DNA from: Pseudomonadota bacterium
Lineage (GTDB): Bacteria > Pseudomonadota > Gammaproteobacteria > Steroidobacterales > Steroidobacteraceae
Assembly (NCBI GenBank): GCA_963204795.1
Contig: CAUJHX010000182.1
Coordinates: 56,903 to 120,902, forward strand
DNA length: 64,000 nt
Direction: 5' to 3'
Every line of letters starts with the position of its first letter. The stretch's first letter is position 1. Under the pieces are notes generated by a model. That model searched no databases. It was not told where the DNA came from and worked only from the letters and a program-made list of their open reading frames with translations. A program made the position numbers and the translations under genes. Shown here piece after piece: positions 32,744-40,075 of the stretch.

Positions 32744-33418
32744 ATGAACCGCTACCGCAACATTCGTCCGCGCTATCCCGTCTACTCGCAGACGCGTTTC
32801 GACGGAGACCTTCCACCGCCGGGCTCGTTCGGCCCACCGGACATGCGCCCGAGCGGTTCCAACCCTGCGTACTCGGTGTATGCAGGCGCCTACGGCCGCC
32901 ACCTGGCAGGACTGAACGGAGTGCAGATGAACAGCGCAGACGAAGGCATCAAGGACTACCCGAACGAGCTGGACGCGCTGCAGGTCGCGGACGACGTCAA
33001 CGGCAACGGCATGTTCGACCCGGCGGGGAGCCATGGAAACGTGCACCCCGACTACGGCGTGTTCGCCGATCACGAGTCGCTCCCCGGCTACATCGCCCGC
33101 GACAAGTTCTACACTCCCTCGGAGGTCACTGACGCGACGACGGGTCAGCAGATCATGTACGTGCCTGCCGGAGCCGTCTCCATCGACCACGCGCAGATGC
33201 AGGCGTTCAACAACCGGCTGCTCTGGGATCTGCCGCCTGGCGTGAACCCCTACGCGACCACCGACGTGCCCGACATGTCGATGGTGACGCCGTGGGAAGC
33301 GGCGACCCCCATCGGTCAGACCCCGCCGGAGCCGGCATCGCCCACGAAGATGTTCCTGGTTGCCGGCATCGCTGGCTTGAGCATCGGGCTCTTCGCGGCC
33401 CTGATGATGAAGAAGTGA
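32744..33418 (+). CDS. tail-anchored membrane protein (224 aa)
   Basis: Starts MNRYRNIRPRYPVYSQ. C-terminus MFLVAGIAGLSIGLFAALMMKK. Confidence 0.65.
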   Translation: MNRYRNIRPRYPVYSQTRFDGDLPPPGSFGPPDMRPSGSNPAYSVYAGAYGRHLAGLNGVQMNSADEGIKDYPNELDALQVADDVNGNGMFDPAGSHGNVHPDYGVFADHESLPGYIARDKFYTPSEVTDATTGQQIMYVPAGAVSIDHAQMQAFNNRLLWDLPPGVNPYATTDVPDMSMVTPWEAATPIGQTPPEPASPTKMFLVAGIAGLSIGLFAALMMKK

Positions 33419-33424
33419 GGAAGC

Positions 33425-33829
33425 ATGTACGTCCCGATGCAAAACACCGTCGCCGACTACTACCCCGCGCACTACACGCTGCCGGCTGCGCGCGAGCGAG
33501 TCGAGTCGTTGGGCGCGCTGGATCTGACTGCCCCGGGCCTCGCAGCGATCAAGTTCGCGAAGATGCGAGCGAACGCCGTCGGCGCATACGACGACGAGAC
33601 CCAGGTCTTCGCAGACACCAACGTGCCCACATGGATGATGGGCGCGACGGGGCTGCTGATCCTCGGCGCGGTCGCCGTCGTGGCCGGCGCGCTGAACTAC
33701 CAGATGGGCAAGGCGATGGCGCCGAGCGCCGACAAGAGGAAGACGTGGGGCTGGATCGGAGTGCCGCTCGGCTTCGTGCCGCTCGGGCTGCCGATCATGG
33801 CCATCGTGTCCAACTCGAAGAAGGGGTGA
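33425..33829 (+). CDS. membrane protein (134 aa, 2-3 TM)
   Basis: Starts MYVPMQNTVADYYPAHY. TMs WMMGATGLLILGAVAVVAGAL and WGWIGVPLGFVPLGLPIMAIV. Confidence 0.65.
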   Translation: MYVPMQNTVADYYPAHYTLPAARERVESLGALDLTAPGLAAIKFAKMRANAVGAYDDETQVFADTNVPTWMMGATGLLILGAVAVVAGALNYQMGKAMAPSADKRKTWGWIGVPLGFVPLGLPIMAIVSNSKKG

Positions 33830-33833
33830 GACG

Positions 33834-34247
33834 ATGCCCAGCATCTACGATCCCTCGACGTACCCGCAAGGCGTGCCTAATCCGCTCGGACCGAGGGTGC
33901 ATGCCTGGACGGGCGGTCCGTTCAATGAAGGGCAGCGTTTTCACGGCCCGGTCTACACAAGGCCCCAGGCAACCTTGCCGTGGCAAGAGCGTCCGCTGTG
34001 GGGCGTCGGAAGTGAGCCCATTGTGGGCTCCGCTTCTCGCCAGTGGTGGGATGATCCTGCGTACCAGGCGATCCGCGTCGTCGGCTACGTCGGCAGCCTG
34101 GCTGGCACGGCCGCTGGTGCCTATCACGGGTACAAGCGCAACGGAGGTTCCGTGGGCTGGGGGATCGGGTGGGCGCTCTTGGGTGGAATGTTCTGGCCCA
34201 TCGCGCTGCCGATCATGTTCGTGCAAGGATTCGGAGAGAGAAAATGA
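33834..34247 (+). CDS. membrane protein (137 aa)
   Basis: Starts MPSIYDPSTYPQG. C-terminal GWGIGWALLGGMFWPIALPIMFVQGF. Confidence 0.65.
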   Translation: MPSIYDPSTYPQGVPNPLGPRVHAWTGGPFNEGQRFHGPVYTRPQATLPWQERPLWGVGSEPIVGSASRQWWDDPAYQAIRVVGYVGSLAGTAAGAYHGYKRNGGSVGWGIGWALLGGMFWPIALPIMFVQGFGERK

Positions 34248-34777
34248 GCTACCACGCACCACGTCGCCGCGCTTCGCGACCGGACATGTTCCGAGGCGGG
34301 ATCGACCGCCCTGATGCTTTCCGGTTCGGCGGCGGGATCGACCGGCCGGACTTCATGTTCGCGCCGGCCTTCCATGGCCTCGGCCAGCTCACCATGGATC
34401 CGCAGACCGTCGCGCTGCTCAAGGGCTGCTCAGACAACTGCGAGAAGCAGTTCGGTGTGGCAAGCGGGCACCCGGACGTGTTCTCGCTGAGCATGTGCTT
34501 CGCCAACTGCAACGTGCAGTACCCGCCGACCGTGACGGTCCCGGGCGGTGGAGCGATCACGCCACCGGCGCTCCCGCCCGTTCCGGGCACGCCTCCAGTC
34601 GAGCCGGTCCCGCCGGTCGTTCCCGGCGTCACCGAGCCCGGATTGCCGCCGCCCGGGACCAAGCCACCGACGCCGCAGCCGCCGGTCGTGAAGGCTGGTG
34701 GAGACATGAAGCTGTGGGTCATCGGCGGAGCGGTCGCTGTTGCCGCTGTCGGGGCATTCTTCTACTTCCGAAAGTGA
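34244..34777 (+). CDS. tail-anchored membrane protein (177 aa)
   Basis: ATG 34244 (ATGA overlap). Starts MSYHAPRRR. Pro-rich linker. C-terminus LWVIGGAVAVAAVGAFFYFRK. Confidence 0.65.
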   Translation: MSYHAPRRRASRPDMFRGGIDRPDAFRFGGGIDRPDFMFAPAFHGLGQLTMDPQTVALLKGCSDNCEKQFGVASGHPDVFSLSMCFANCNVQYPPTVTVPGGGAITPPALPPVPGTPPVEPVPPVVPGVTEPGLPPPGTKPPTPQPPVVKAGGDMKLWVIGGAVAVAAVGAFFYFRK

Positions 34778-34788
34778 AAGGCTGAACG

Positions 34789-35520
34789 ATGCGACAAGTG
34801 CGAACGCGAGGTGGAGTCTTCGGCAGCGGAGGCTACGGCGGCGGACTCTTCGACGGATCCCAATCTGGCTTTGGCGGCGTTGGCGGTCTCGGTGCGACGT
34901 ACGAGCAAGCTGCGGCCGGTCTGGGGGCCATCCAGGACCCGACGGGTCAATCCTGGAACAACACCACGTACCAGGCCTGCATGGGACATCAGGTCCAGAA
35001 GTGCGGGGCCGAAGGCTACGCCTACAAGTGGAGCGCAGCGGAAACGAATGCGTGCATCGAGGCGGCACAGAAGGGCTGCATCGCCGCCGCGAAAGCTGCT
35101 GCCACTTCGCTGTCGAAGGCCCAGGTGATCGCTTTGCAGCAAGCGATCAACGCGAAGCTGCAGCAATACAACTACTGCCCCATCGGGGTAGACGGAAATC
35201 TGGGACCGACGACGTGCGGGGCGGCAGCATGGGCCGCCGGCGTGGGCGCTGCAGGCGTCACGGTCCCTGGTGCTTGCGGCACCACCATCAAAGTGGGCAG
35301 CGGGTTCCTGAAGGACTGCGCTCCGGGGACTCCGCCCCCAGAGCCGGCGCCGGTGACTCCGCCTGCGCCCCCTCCCGTCGCGCCGCCGCCTGTCACTCCG
35401 CCCATCCCGCCGCCGCCCATCAAGAAGGGTGGCGTCTCCACCGCCTGGATCGTCGGAGGCCTCCTGGCCGCAGGCCTCGTCGCCGGCGTCGCGGTCGCGG
35501 CCTCGAAGAAGAAGCACTGA
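34789..35520 (+). CDS. tail-anchored membrane protein with PG-binding-like domain (243 aa)
   Basis: VIALQQAINAKLQQYNYCPIGVDGNLGPTTCGAAAW resembles a peptidoglycan-binding (PG_binding_1-type) repeat. C-terminus AWIVGGLLAAGLVAGVAVAASKKKH. Confidence 0.6.
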   Translation: MRQVRTRGGVFGSGGYGGGLFDGSQSGFGGVGGLGATYEQAAAGLGAIQDPTGQSWNNTTYQACMGHQVQKCGAEGYAYKWSAAETNACIEAAQKGCIAAAKAAATSLSKAQVIALQQAINAKLQQYNYCPIGVDGNLGPTTCGAAAWAAGVGAAGVTVPGACGTTIKVGSGFLKDCAPGTPPPEPAPVTPPAPPPVAPPPVTPPIPPPPIKKGGVSTAWIVGGLLAAGLVAGVAVAASKKKH

Positions 35521-35534
35521 TCACGGAGTGCAGG

Positions 35535-36110
35535 ATGAACCACCGATATTTCGACGTCGCGCACCTGAACGCCCCCTACAAGACGCGGGCGCTGCAAGGT
35601 CTGTCCGGTGACAGGGCGTATCGCAGTCAGGCTGATCTGAACGCGCAGTACGACCCATTGCCGATGCGCGGGCTCGGCGCCGGCGTCCTGTCCGCCGGAC
35701 CGACGGGTTCGCTCGGAGCCGTCACCGCGAACTATCCGTGGAAGCAGTACAGCGCCGACACGGTGGCGCTGCAGAAGGCCATGAACGAAGCGCTCAAGGC
35801 GAACGGGTACTGCCAGATCGAACCAGATGGCAAACTGGGCGCAGCGACCTGTGGCGCGATCAAGAAGATGCTGGAGATCAGTGGCCAGACGGATCAGTCC
35901 CCGCCGTCTACCTGCCAGAGCTTCACCGCGCCCACGAAGGGCCCGTGCGGCGGTGGAACTCCTGCTCCGCCACCCGGGACACCGACGAAGGTCACCCCGT
36001 TGGTCAAGGCATCGGGCTTCGACAGCGGGACCCTTTGGATCGTCGCCGGCGGCGTCGTCGCCGTCGCCGCCATCGGGGGCGCCTTCTACTTCACGCGAAA
36101 GGGTCGCTGA
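35535..36110 (+). CDS. tail-anchored membrane protein with PG-binding-like domain (191 aa)
   Basis: Starts MNHRYFD. Contains TVALQKAMNEALKANGYCQIEPDGKLGAATCGAIKKML. C-terminus LWIVAGGVVAVAAIGGAFYFTRKGR. Confidence 0.6.
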   Translation: MNHRYFDVAHLNAPYKTRALQGLSGDRAYRSQADLNAQYDPLPMRGLGAGVLSAGPTGSLGAVTANYPWKQYSADTVALQKAMNEALKANGYCQIEPDGKLGAATCGAIKKMLEISGQTDQSPPSTCQSFTAPTKGPCGGGTPAPPPGTPTKVTPLVKASGFDSGTLWIVAGGVVAVAAIGGAFYFTRKGR

Positions 36111-36457
36111 TGCCTGGTCCCGTCGAAATGATCCAGAAGAAGCTCGGTGTGCCCGCGAGCGGGCACTGGGATCCGATCACGCTCGGCGCACTCGCGGCCT
36201 TCCAGGCCGGCCAGCCCGCGCTCGTGCCGAGCGGCCACCCTGACGTGCCCACGCTCGCGCTGCTCGGCTACTACGACCCGCTCCAGGCGGTGGATCCGAA
36301 GTGGGCGGGATACGTCAAGGGCGGCAAGCGACCGAGCACGTTCGGACGCGATCTCGCGTCGGCGTCGAACCAGGCTCCGCAATGGGCGTGGCTGGGCGTC
36401 GGCGTGCTGCTGCTCGGCGTCGGGTTCTGGACGTGGAAGAAGTCGAGGAAGGCATGA
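36110..36457 (+). CDS. tail-anchored membrane protein with PG-binding-like N-terminus (115 aa)
   Basis: TGATG overlap. Contains VEMIQKKLGVPASGHWDPITLGALAAFQ. C-terminus WAWLGVGVLLLGVGFWTWKKSRKA. Confidence 0.55.
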   Translation: MPGPVEMIQKKLGVPASGHWDPITLGALAAFQAGQPALVPSGHPDVPTLALLGYYDPLQAVDPKWAGYVKGGKRPSTFGRDLASASNQAPQWAWLGVGVLLLGVGFWTWKKSRKA

Positions 36458-36726
36458 AGCTCATCGGGATCGGAGCGCTGGACCCGAAGAACCAGCCCTG
36501 GAACACTCCAGACTACCAGGAGTGCGTCGGCAAAAAGATCCAGGCGTGCGGCGTCGCCCACCAGGGAGCAGAGCCGACCGTGGTGCAGTCTTGCATCGAC
36601 GCGGCTCAGTCCAGTTGCCTGGGCGAGGCCGCTGACAAGGCGCGTCTGCGCTGGATGCTCATTGGGGTCGGGTTCGGGACGGTCGCTGTCGCGCTGATCT
36701 GGAGACACAAGCGGAGGAGTGCCTGA
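36454..36726 (+). CDS. tail-anchored membrane protein (90 aa), Cys-containing ectodomain
   Basis: ATGA overlap. C-terminus WMLIGVGFGTVAVALIWRHKRRSA. Confidence 0.6.
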   Translation: MKLIGIGALDPKNQPWNTPDYQECVGKKIQACGVAHQGAEPTVVQSCIDAAQSSCLGEAADKARLRWMLIGVGFGTVAVALIWRHKRRSA

Positions 36727-37538
36727 TGGCCAGCCTGGAAGACCTTGCTGCGAAGTTCTCGGTGGAGTCCCTGCCTGCAGGCGCCAGCGACTACGACCGA
36801 TTGGAGTTCCTGTTCTACTGGGCCAAGAACGCCGAGCAGGTCATCGCCGCGTTGCCGGAGCCAACCGTCGTCGGCGACACCGTCTTCGGCGACATGGAGG
36901 ACGTGAAGAAGGCCGTGGAGGTCGTGGCCGAGGCCGCGAACCCGGTTCAGGTTGCAGCGTCTTCCATGCGGAACTTCTTGCTCTTGTCGTTCGTCGCGGC
37001 GACCTGGGGGATCAAGGCGCATCATCCGAACGCGCGGCAGATGCTCGTCAAAACGGGTCAAGTGACTGCGGCCGAGCTGGACGCCGACTACCGCCGGCGA
37101 CTCGGAGTGCTGCAGGCCATCACGAAGCTCGGGACCTCGGGCTTCCTGGACCCGTTGTTCGCCCTGAAGGGCAAGGCCCTCGGGCTCGCGCCGCTGGTCA
37201 TCGGCGGGTTGAGCATTCCCGGGTACATCGTGATCGGAACGATTGCGCTCGTCGTGTTCGCGATTGCGCTCGTTGCCATTTCGCTGACGGCACTCTTTCT
37301 GTTCAACCGCTTCGTCCAGAAGTGGTGCTTCGATGACCAGGGGAACCCACGCGAGCAGACCAAGGAGAAGTGTCCGGAGCTGTTCGACGAGGCTGCCGGC
37401 CTCGCTCGCGGTCCCAGCGATCTCTTGTCCAAGGTCGTCACCTATGCGGCGGTGGGGCTCGGCGTCTACGCTCTCATCGTTCTCGGTCCAGACATCATCC
37501 AGGGCATCAAGGGCTTCTCCAAAGCGGCGCGAGCATGA
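36726..37538 (+). CDS. polytopic membrane protein (270 aa)
   Basis: TGATG overlap. Hydrophobic segments FLLLSFVAATWGI, LAPLVIGGLSIPGYIVIGTIALVVFAIALVAISLTALFLF and YAAVGLGVYALIVLG. Confidence 0.65.
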   Translation: MASLEDLAAKFSVESLPAGASDYDRLEFLFYWAKNAEQVIAALPEPTVVGDTVFGDMEDVKKAVEVVAEAANPVQVAASSMRNFLLLSFVAATWGIKAHHPNARQMLVKTGQVTAAELDADYRRRLGVLQAITKLGTSGFLDPLFALKGKALGLAPLVIGGLSIPGYIVIGTIALVVFAIALVAISLTALFLFNRFVQKWCFDDQGNPREQTKEKCPELFDEAAGLARGPSDLLSKVVTYAAVGLGVYALIVLGPDIIQGIKGFSKAARA

Positions 37539-37541
37539 ACC

Positions 37542-37877
37542 ATGCTGGTGTACTCACAATGGCGCCCTGACGGAGGGTACGACTACTACGAAGCGACGTC
37601 GCAGGTCGCGCCCCTGGGAGACGACCTCGGGGTCCCGAAGCTGGAAGTCATCAACGGCATCGGCGCGCCATCGGTCGAAGCTGGAAGGGCGATCCCTCGT
37701 GGCGCGCGGCACGTCGGCACAGGCGAGCTTCCTCTCGGCGTTGTTGCTCCCATGGAGCGCGGCAGGATTGGCGCCGTGTCATCCTTCATAGGCGACATGC
37801 CGCCGTGGCTGGCCTTCATGGCCGGCGCTGCGGCCATCGGGTTCGTGTGGCTCGTGTGGGGACAGGACAAGAAATGA
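37542..37877 (+). CDS. tail-anchored membrane protein (111 aa)
   Basis: Starts MLVYSQWRPDGGYDYYEA. C-terminus WLAFMAGAAAIGFVWLVWGQDKK. Confidence 0.65.
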   Translation: MLVYSQWRPDGGYDYYEATSQVAPLGDDLGVPKLEVINGIGAPSVEAGRAIPRGARHVGTGELPLGVVAPMERGRIGAVSSFIGDMPPWLAFMAGAAAIGFVWLVWGQDKK

Positions 37878-38419
37878 CGCGCGTCGTAGATACCAGCGAG
37901 CAGGCCGAGAAGACGTTCCGCACGTTCATGGCGAAGGAGCACAAGCGTCACGTGCCCATGAACTTCTCGTGGCCAAAGACGATGCAAGAGATCGGCGTCG
38001 GCAAGGCGGTGATGTACCGCTCCAACAAGTGGAAGAGCAACCCGAAGGAGTTCGAGGACTACAAGCACATTGCCGAGTCCGAGCAGGCCGTCTACGTGAC
38101 CCCGGGCTTCCTGCGTGAGTGGAGCAACCCACGGCAGAAGATCGAGGTCCATGGGCCGATGGTGAAGCTGCAGGAGCCGATGCCGAGCCACTTCGCCGTC
38201 CTGGCGCCGCTGCTCGGTGTGCAGCTCCGCCTGTCCGGGCCGGGCTCAAACGATGAAAGCGACCTGTTCGAGGTCGTGGTCAAGCACGGAATGCTGGGGG
38301 CTGCGGTGCATCCGGAGACGAAGGAGCCGTTCATCTTCGTCTACACGACGGCCGGCGGAGTGCACATGCTGCTGACTGGCAAGGAGCTGGACGTCGAGAA
38401 AGATGGAATCGTCGGATGA
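37874..38419 (+). CDS. soluble hypothetical protein (181 aa)
   Basis: ATG 37874 (ATGA overlap). Starts MTRVVDTSEQAEKTFRTFMAKEHKRH. Confidence 0.6.
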   Translation: MTRVVDTSEQAEKTFRTFMAKEHKRHVPMNFSWPKTMQEIGVGKAVMYRSNKWKSNPKEFEDYKHIAESEQAVYVTPGFLREWSNPRQKIEVHGPMVKLQEPMPSHFAVLAPLLGVQLRLSGPGSNDESDLFEVVVKHGMLGAAVHPETKEPFIFVYTTAGGVHMLLTGKELDVEKDGIVG

Positions 38420-38622
38420 ACACGGTCACTCAGGTCGTCGAACTGCTGAAGACGCTGCAGCAGCAGCTCACGCAGTTCCAAGAGAAGGAAGAGGCTCATC
38501 ACCGTGAGATCAACGGCACGCTGGCGCTCCTGATCGAGGACAAGCGCGAACAGGGGCAGAGGCTCACCCTGCTGGAGAGTCGCGTCGGCAAGCTCGAAGA
38601 GAAGCTGCAGAAGGTGGGCTGA
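38416..38622 (+). CDS. small coiled-coil protein (68 aa)
   Basis: ATGA overlap. The sequence is heptad-like throughout. Confidence 0.55.
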   Translation: MNTVTQVVELLKTLQQQLTQFQEKEEAHHREINGTLALLIEDKREQGQRLTLLESRVGKLEEKLQKVG

Positions 38623-38626
38623 CGAC

Positions 38627-39802
38627 ATGACCTACCATTTCATAGGCGCCCCCGGAATCGGCGAATACACCGGCTACAACACGGGTCCAGTCGGAGCAGA
38701 AATCGTGCGGCGCGGAGGCGCCACGGATAGCTCCAGTCTGAAGGCCTACGCTGCGGCTGGCGCTGGCGCCGGAGGCGCAGCGTTGTGTACGGCGTACGGA
38801 GCGGCGGCTGCGGCGCCGTTGTGTGCCAGCATCGCCTCAACGGTTGTCGGTACGCTGCTCAGCGTCGGCAAAGCCACCGCCGGCCCCGGCTGCTACAGCA
38901 TTGCCCATTATTGGAACAACAACGCGCTCCCGCGCGTAAGAGCAGCTGCCGAGGGGCAGCTGGCGATTCGCAGCTACCTGGCAATGCGCGATCAGGCTAT
39001 CGACGAAGCGGCGAAGGCTGGGGCGGACAAGAAGTGGGCGGACAAGTGGCTATCGGAGCACGGCATCCCTGGCGCACCGATCATTCCGGAGTGGTCGCCG
39101 CGACAAGACCTGTACGAGACGTACAAGGCGATGGCGATCTGGTCGGAGCACCCCGTGGGCGCGGATCCTGTTGCAAAAGCGCAGGGGTATACGCACGGAA
39201 GCGGCATCAACCGCTGCGCGACCAACTACTTGTCCGGTCAGAGCTGTGGCCCAAGCGCTCAAAGCGTCGCAGACCAGCTCGGTCGCAAATGCCCCGAGTT
39301 CCTGCTGACCGCCTATCACTACCCGTTTGGATCACCTGCCGCCCCCGGAGAGCCGATCAACTGGGCAATGGTTGGCGCATACCAGGCCGTCCAGACGCTT
39401 CCTGGTCAGGCCAAGTCGGGACAGTGGTGGCCTGACGTCTGTCTGCCTATGCCCAACATGTTCGCCGGACAAGGATCGAGGCCGATCAATTCGACAACGC
39501 CGGGGTACTCCGCTCCGCAGGGCGAGGACGTCTGCAAAGCTCAGCCCAAGGTCAATGCCGCCAAGTGGACAACTTTCGCCAAAGTCATCCCCACGCAGCT
39601 CGCCGCAGAGCTGAGATTCAAGCTGCAGGATTCCAAGCCGCAGTTGCTCGCTGACGCAAAAAAACTCGGCGTCTTGAGCAGTCGTCTCGTACTCGTCCGG
39701 GCGGAGCCCAGGAAAGGCAAAAGCTCCGCTCTCGCAATCGCAGCCGTTGGCATCGCGGGACTTGGTGCCGGCGGGTGGTGGTGGTGGAAGCGCCGGCGCT
39801 AG
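38627..39802 (+). CDS. large tail-anchored membrane protein (391 aa)
   Basis: Starts MTYHFIGAPGIGEYTGY. Cys-containing ectodomain. C-terminus ALAIAAVGIAGLGAGGWWWWKRRR. Confidence 0.7.
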   Translation: MTYHFIGAPGIGEYTGYNTGPVGAEIVRRGGATDSSSLKAYAAAGAGAGGAALCTAYGAAAAAPLCASIASTVVGTLLSVGKATAGPGCYSIAHYWNNNALPRVRAAAEGQLAIRSYLAMRDQAIDEAAKAGADKKWADKWLSEHGIPGAPIIPEWSPRQDLYETYKAMAIWSEHPVGADPVAKAQGYTHGSGINRCATNYLSGQSCGPSAQSVADQLGRKCPEFLLTAYHYPFGSPAAPGEPINWAMVGAYQAVQTLPGQAKSGQWWPDVCLPMPNMFAGQGSRPINSTTPGYSAPQGEDVCKAQPKVNAAKWTTFAKVIPTQLAAELRFKLQDSKPQLLADAKKLGVLSSRLVLVRAEPRKGKSSALAIAAVGIAGLGAGGWWWWKRRR

Positions 39803-39967
39803 TTCGGTTGCCCCGCCCCGGACTGTTCGCTGCGGCCTACTGTGGCATCTGCACGCTCCCGACCGGCTCGGACCTGCGGATCCGACTCGTGCGCCGCCGT
39901 GCAGACGCGCAGCTGGACTACATCGTCCGGGTCCGCGGCCTTTTTTGTGGCCCGCTCAGTTAAGTGC

Positions 39968-39996
39968 TTGACCGACGCATATGGGCCCGGTAGGCT
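39968..39996 (+). promoter_or_regulatory. promoter candidate for the polybasic-protein / capsid gene block
   Basis: TTGACC (39968-39973), N17, TAGGCT (39991-39996) in a 260-bp intergenic region. The leader is about 70 nt. Confidence 0.5.
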
Positions 39997-40075
39997 CCAC
40001 CCGTTAGCGACAACGTGGGTCGTGGCGTCTGACCGCCTCCACTGTTCTGCCGCGTAGGCAGAGGTGTATGTGGGC

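Noticed and set aside
39927-39950. An intrinsic terminator at the T6 run (39941-39946) after gene 38627-39802.
   Set aside because: I could not find a convincing stem immediately upstream. The palindromic CCGCGG/GGCC segments would place the T-run in a loop or require long-range imperfect pairing.
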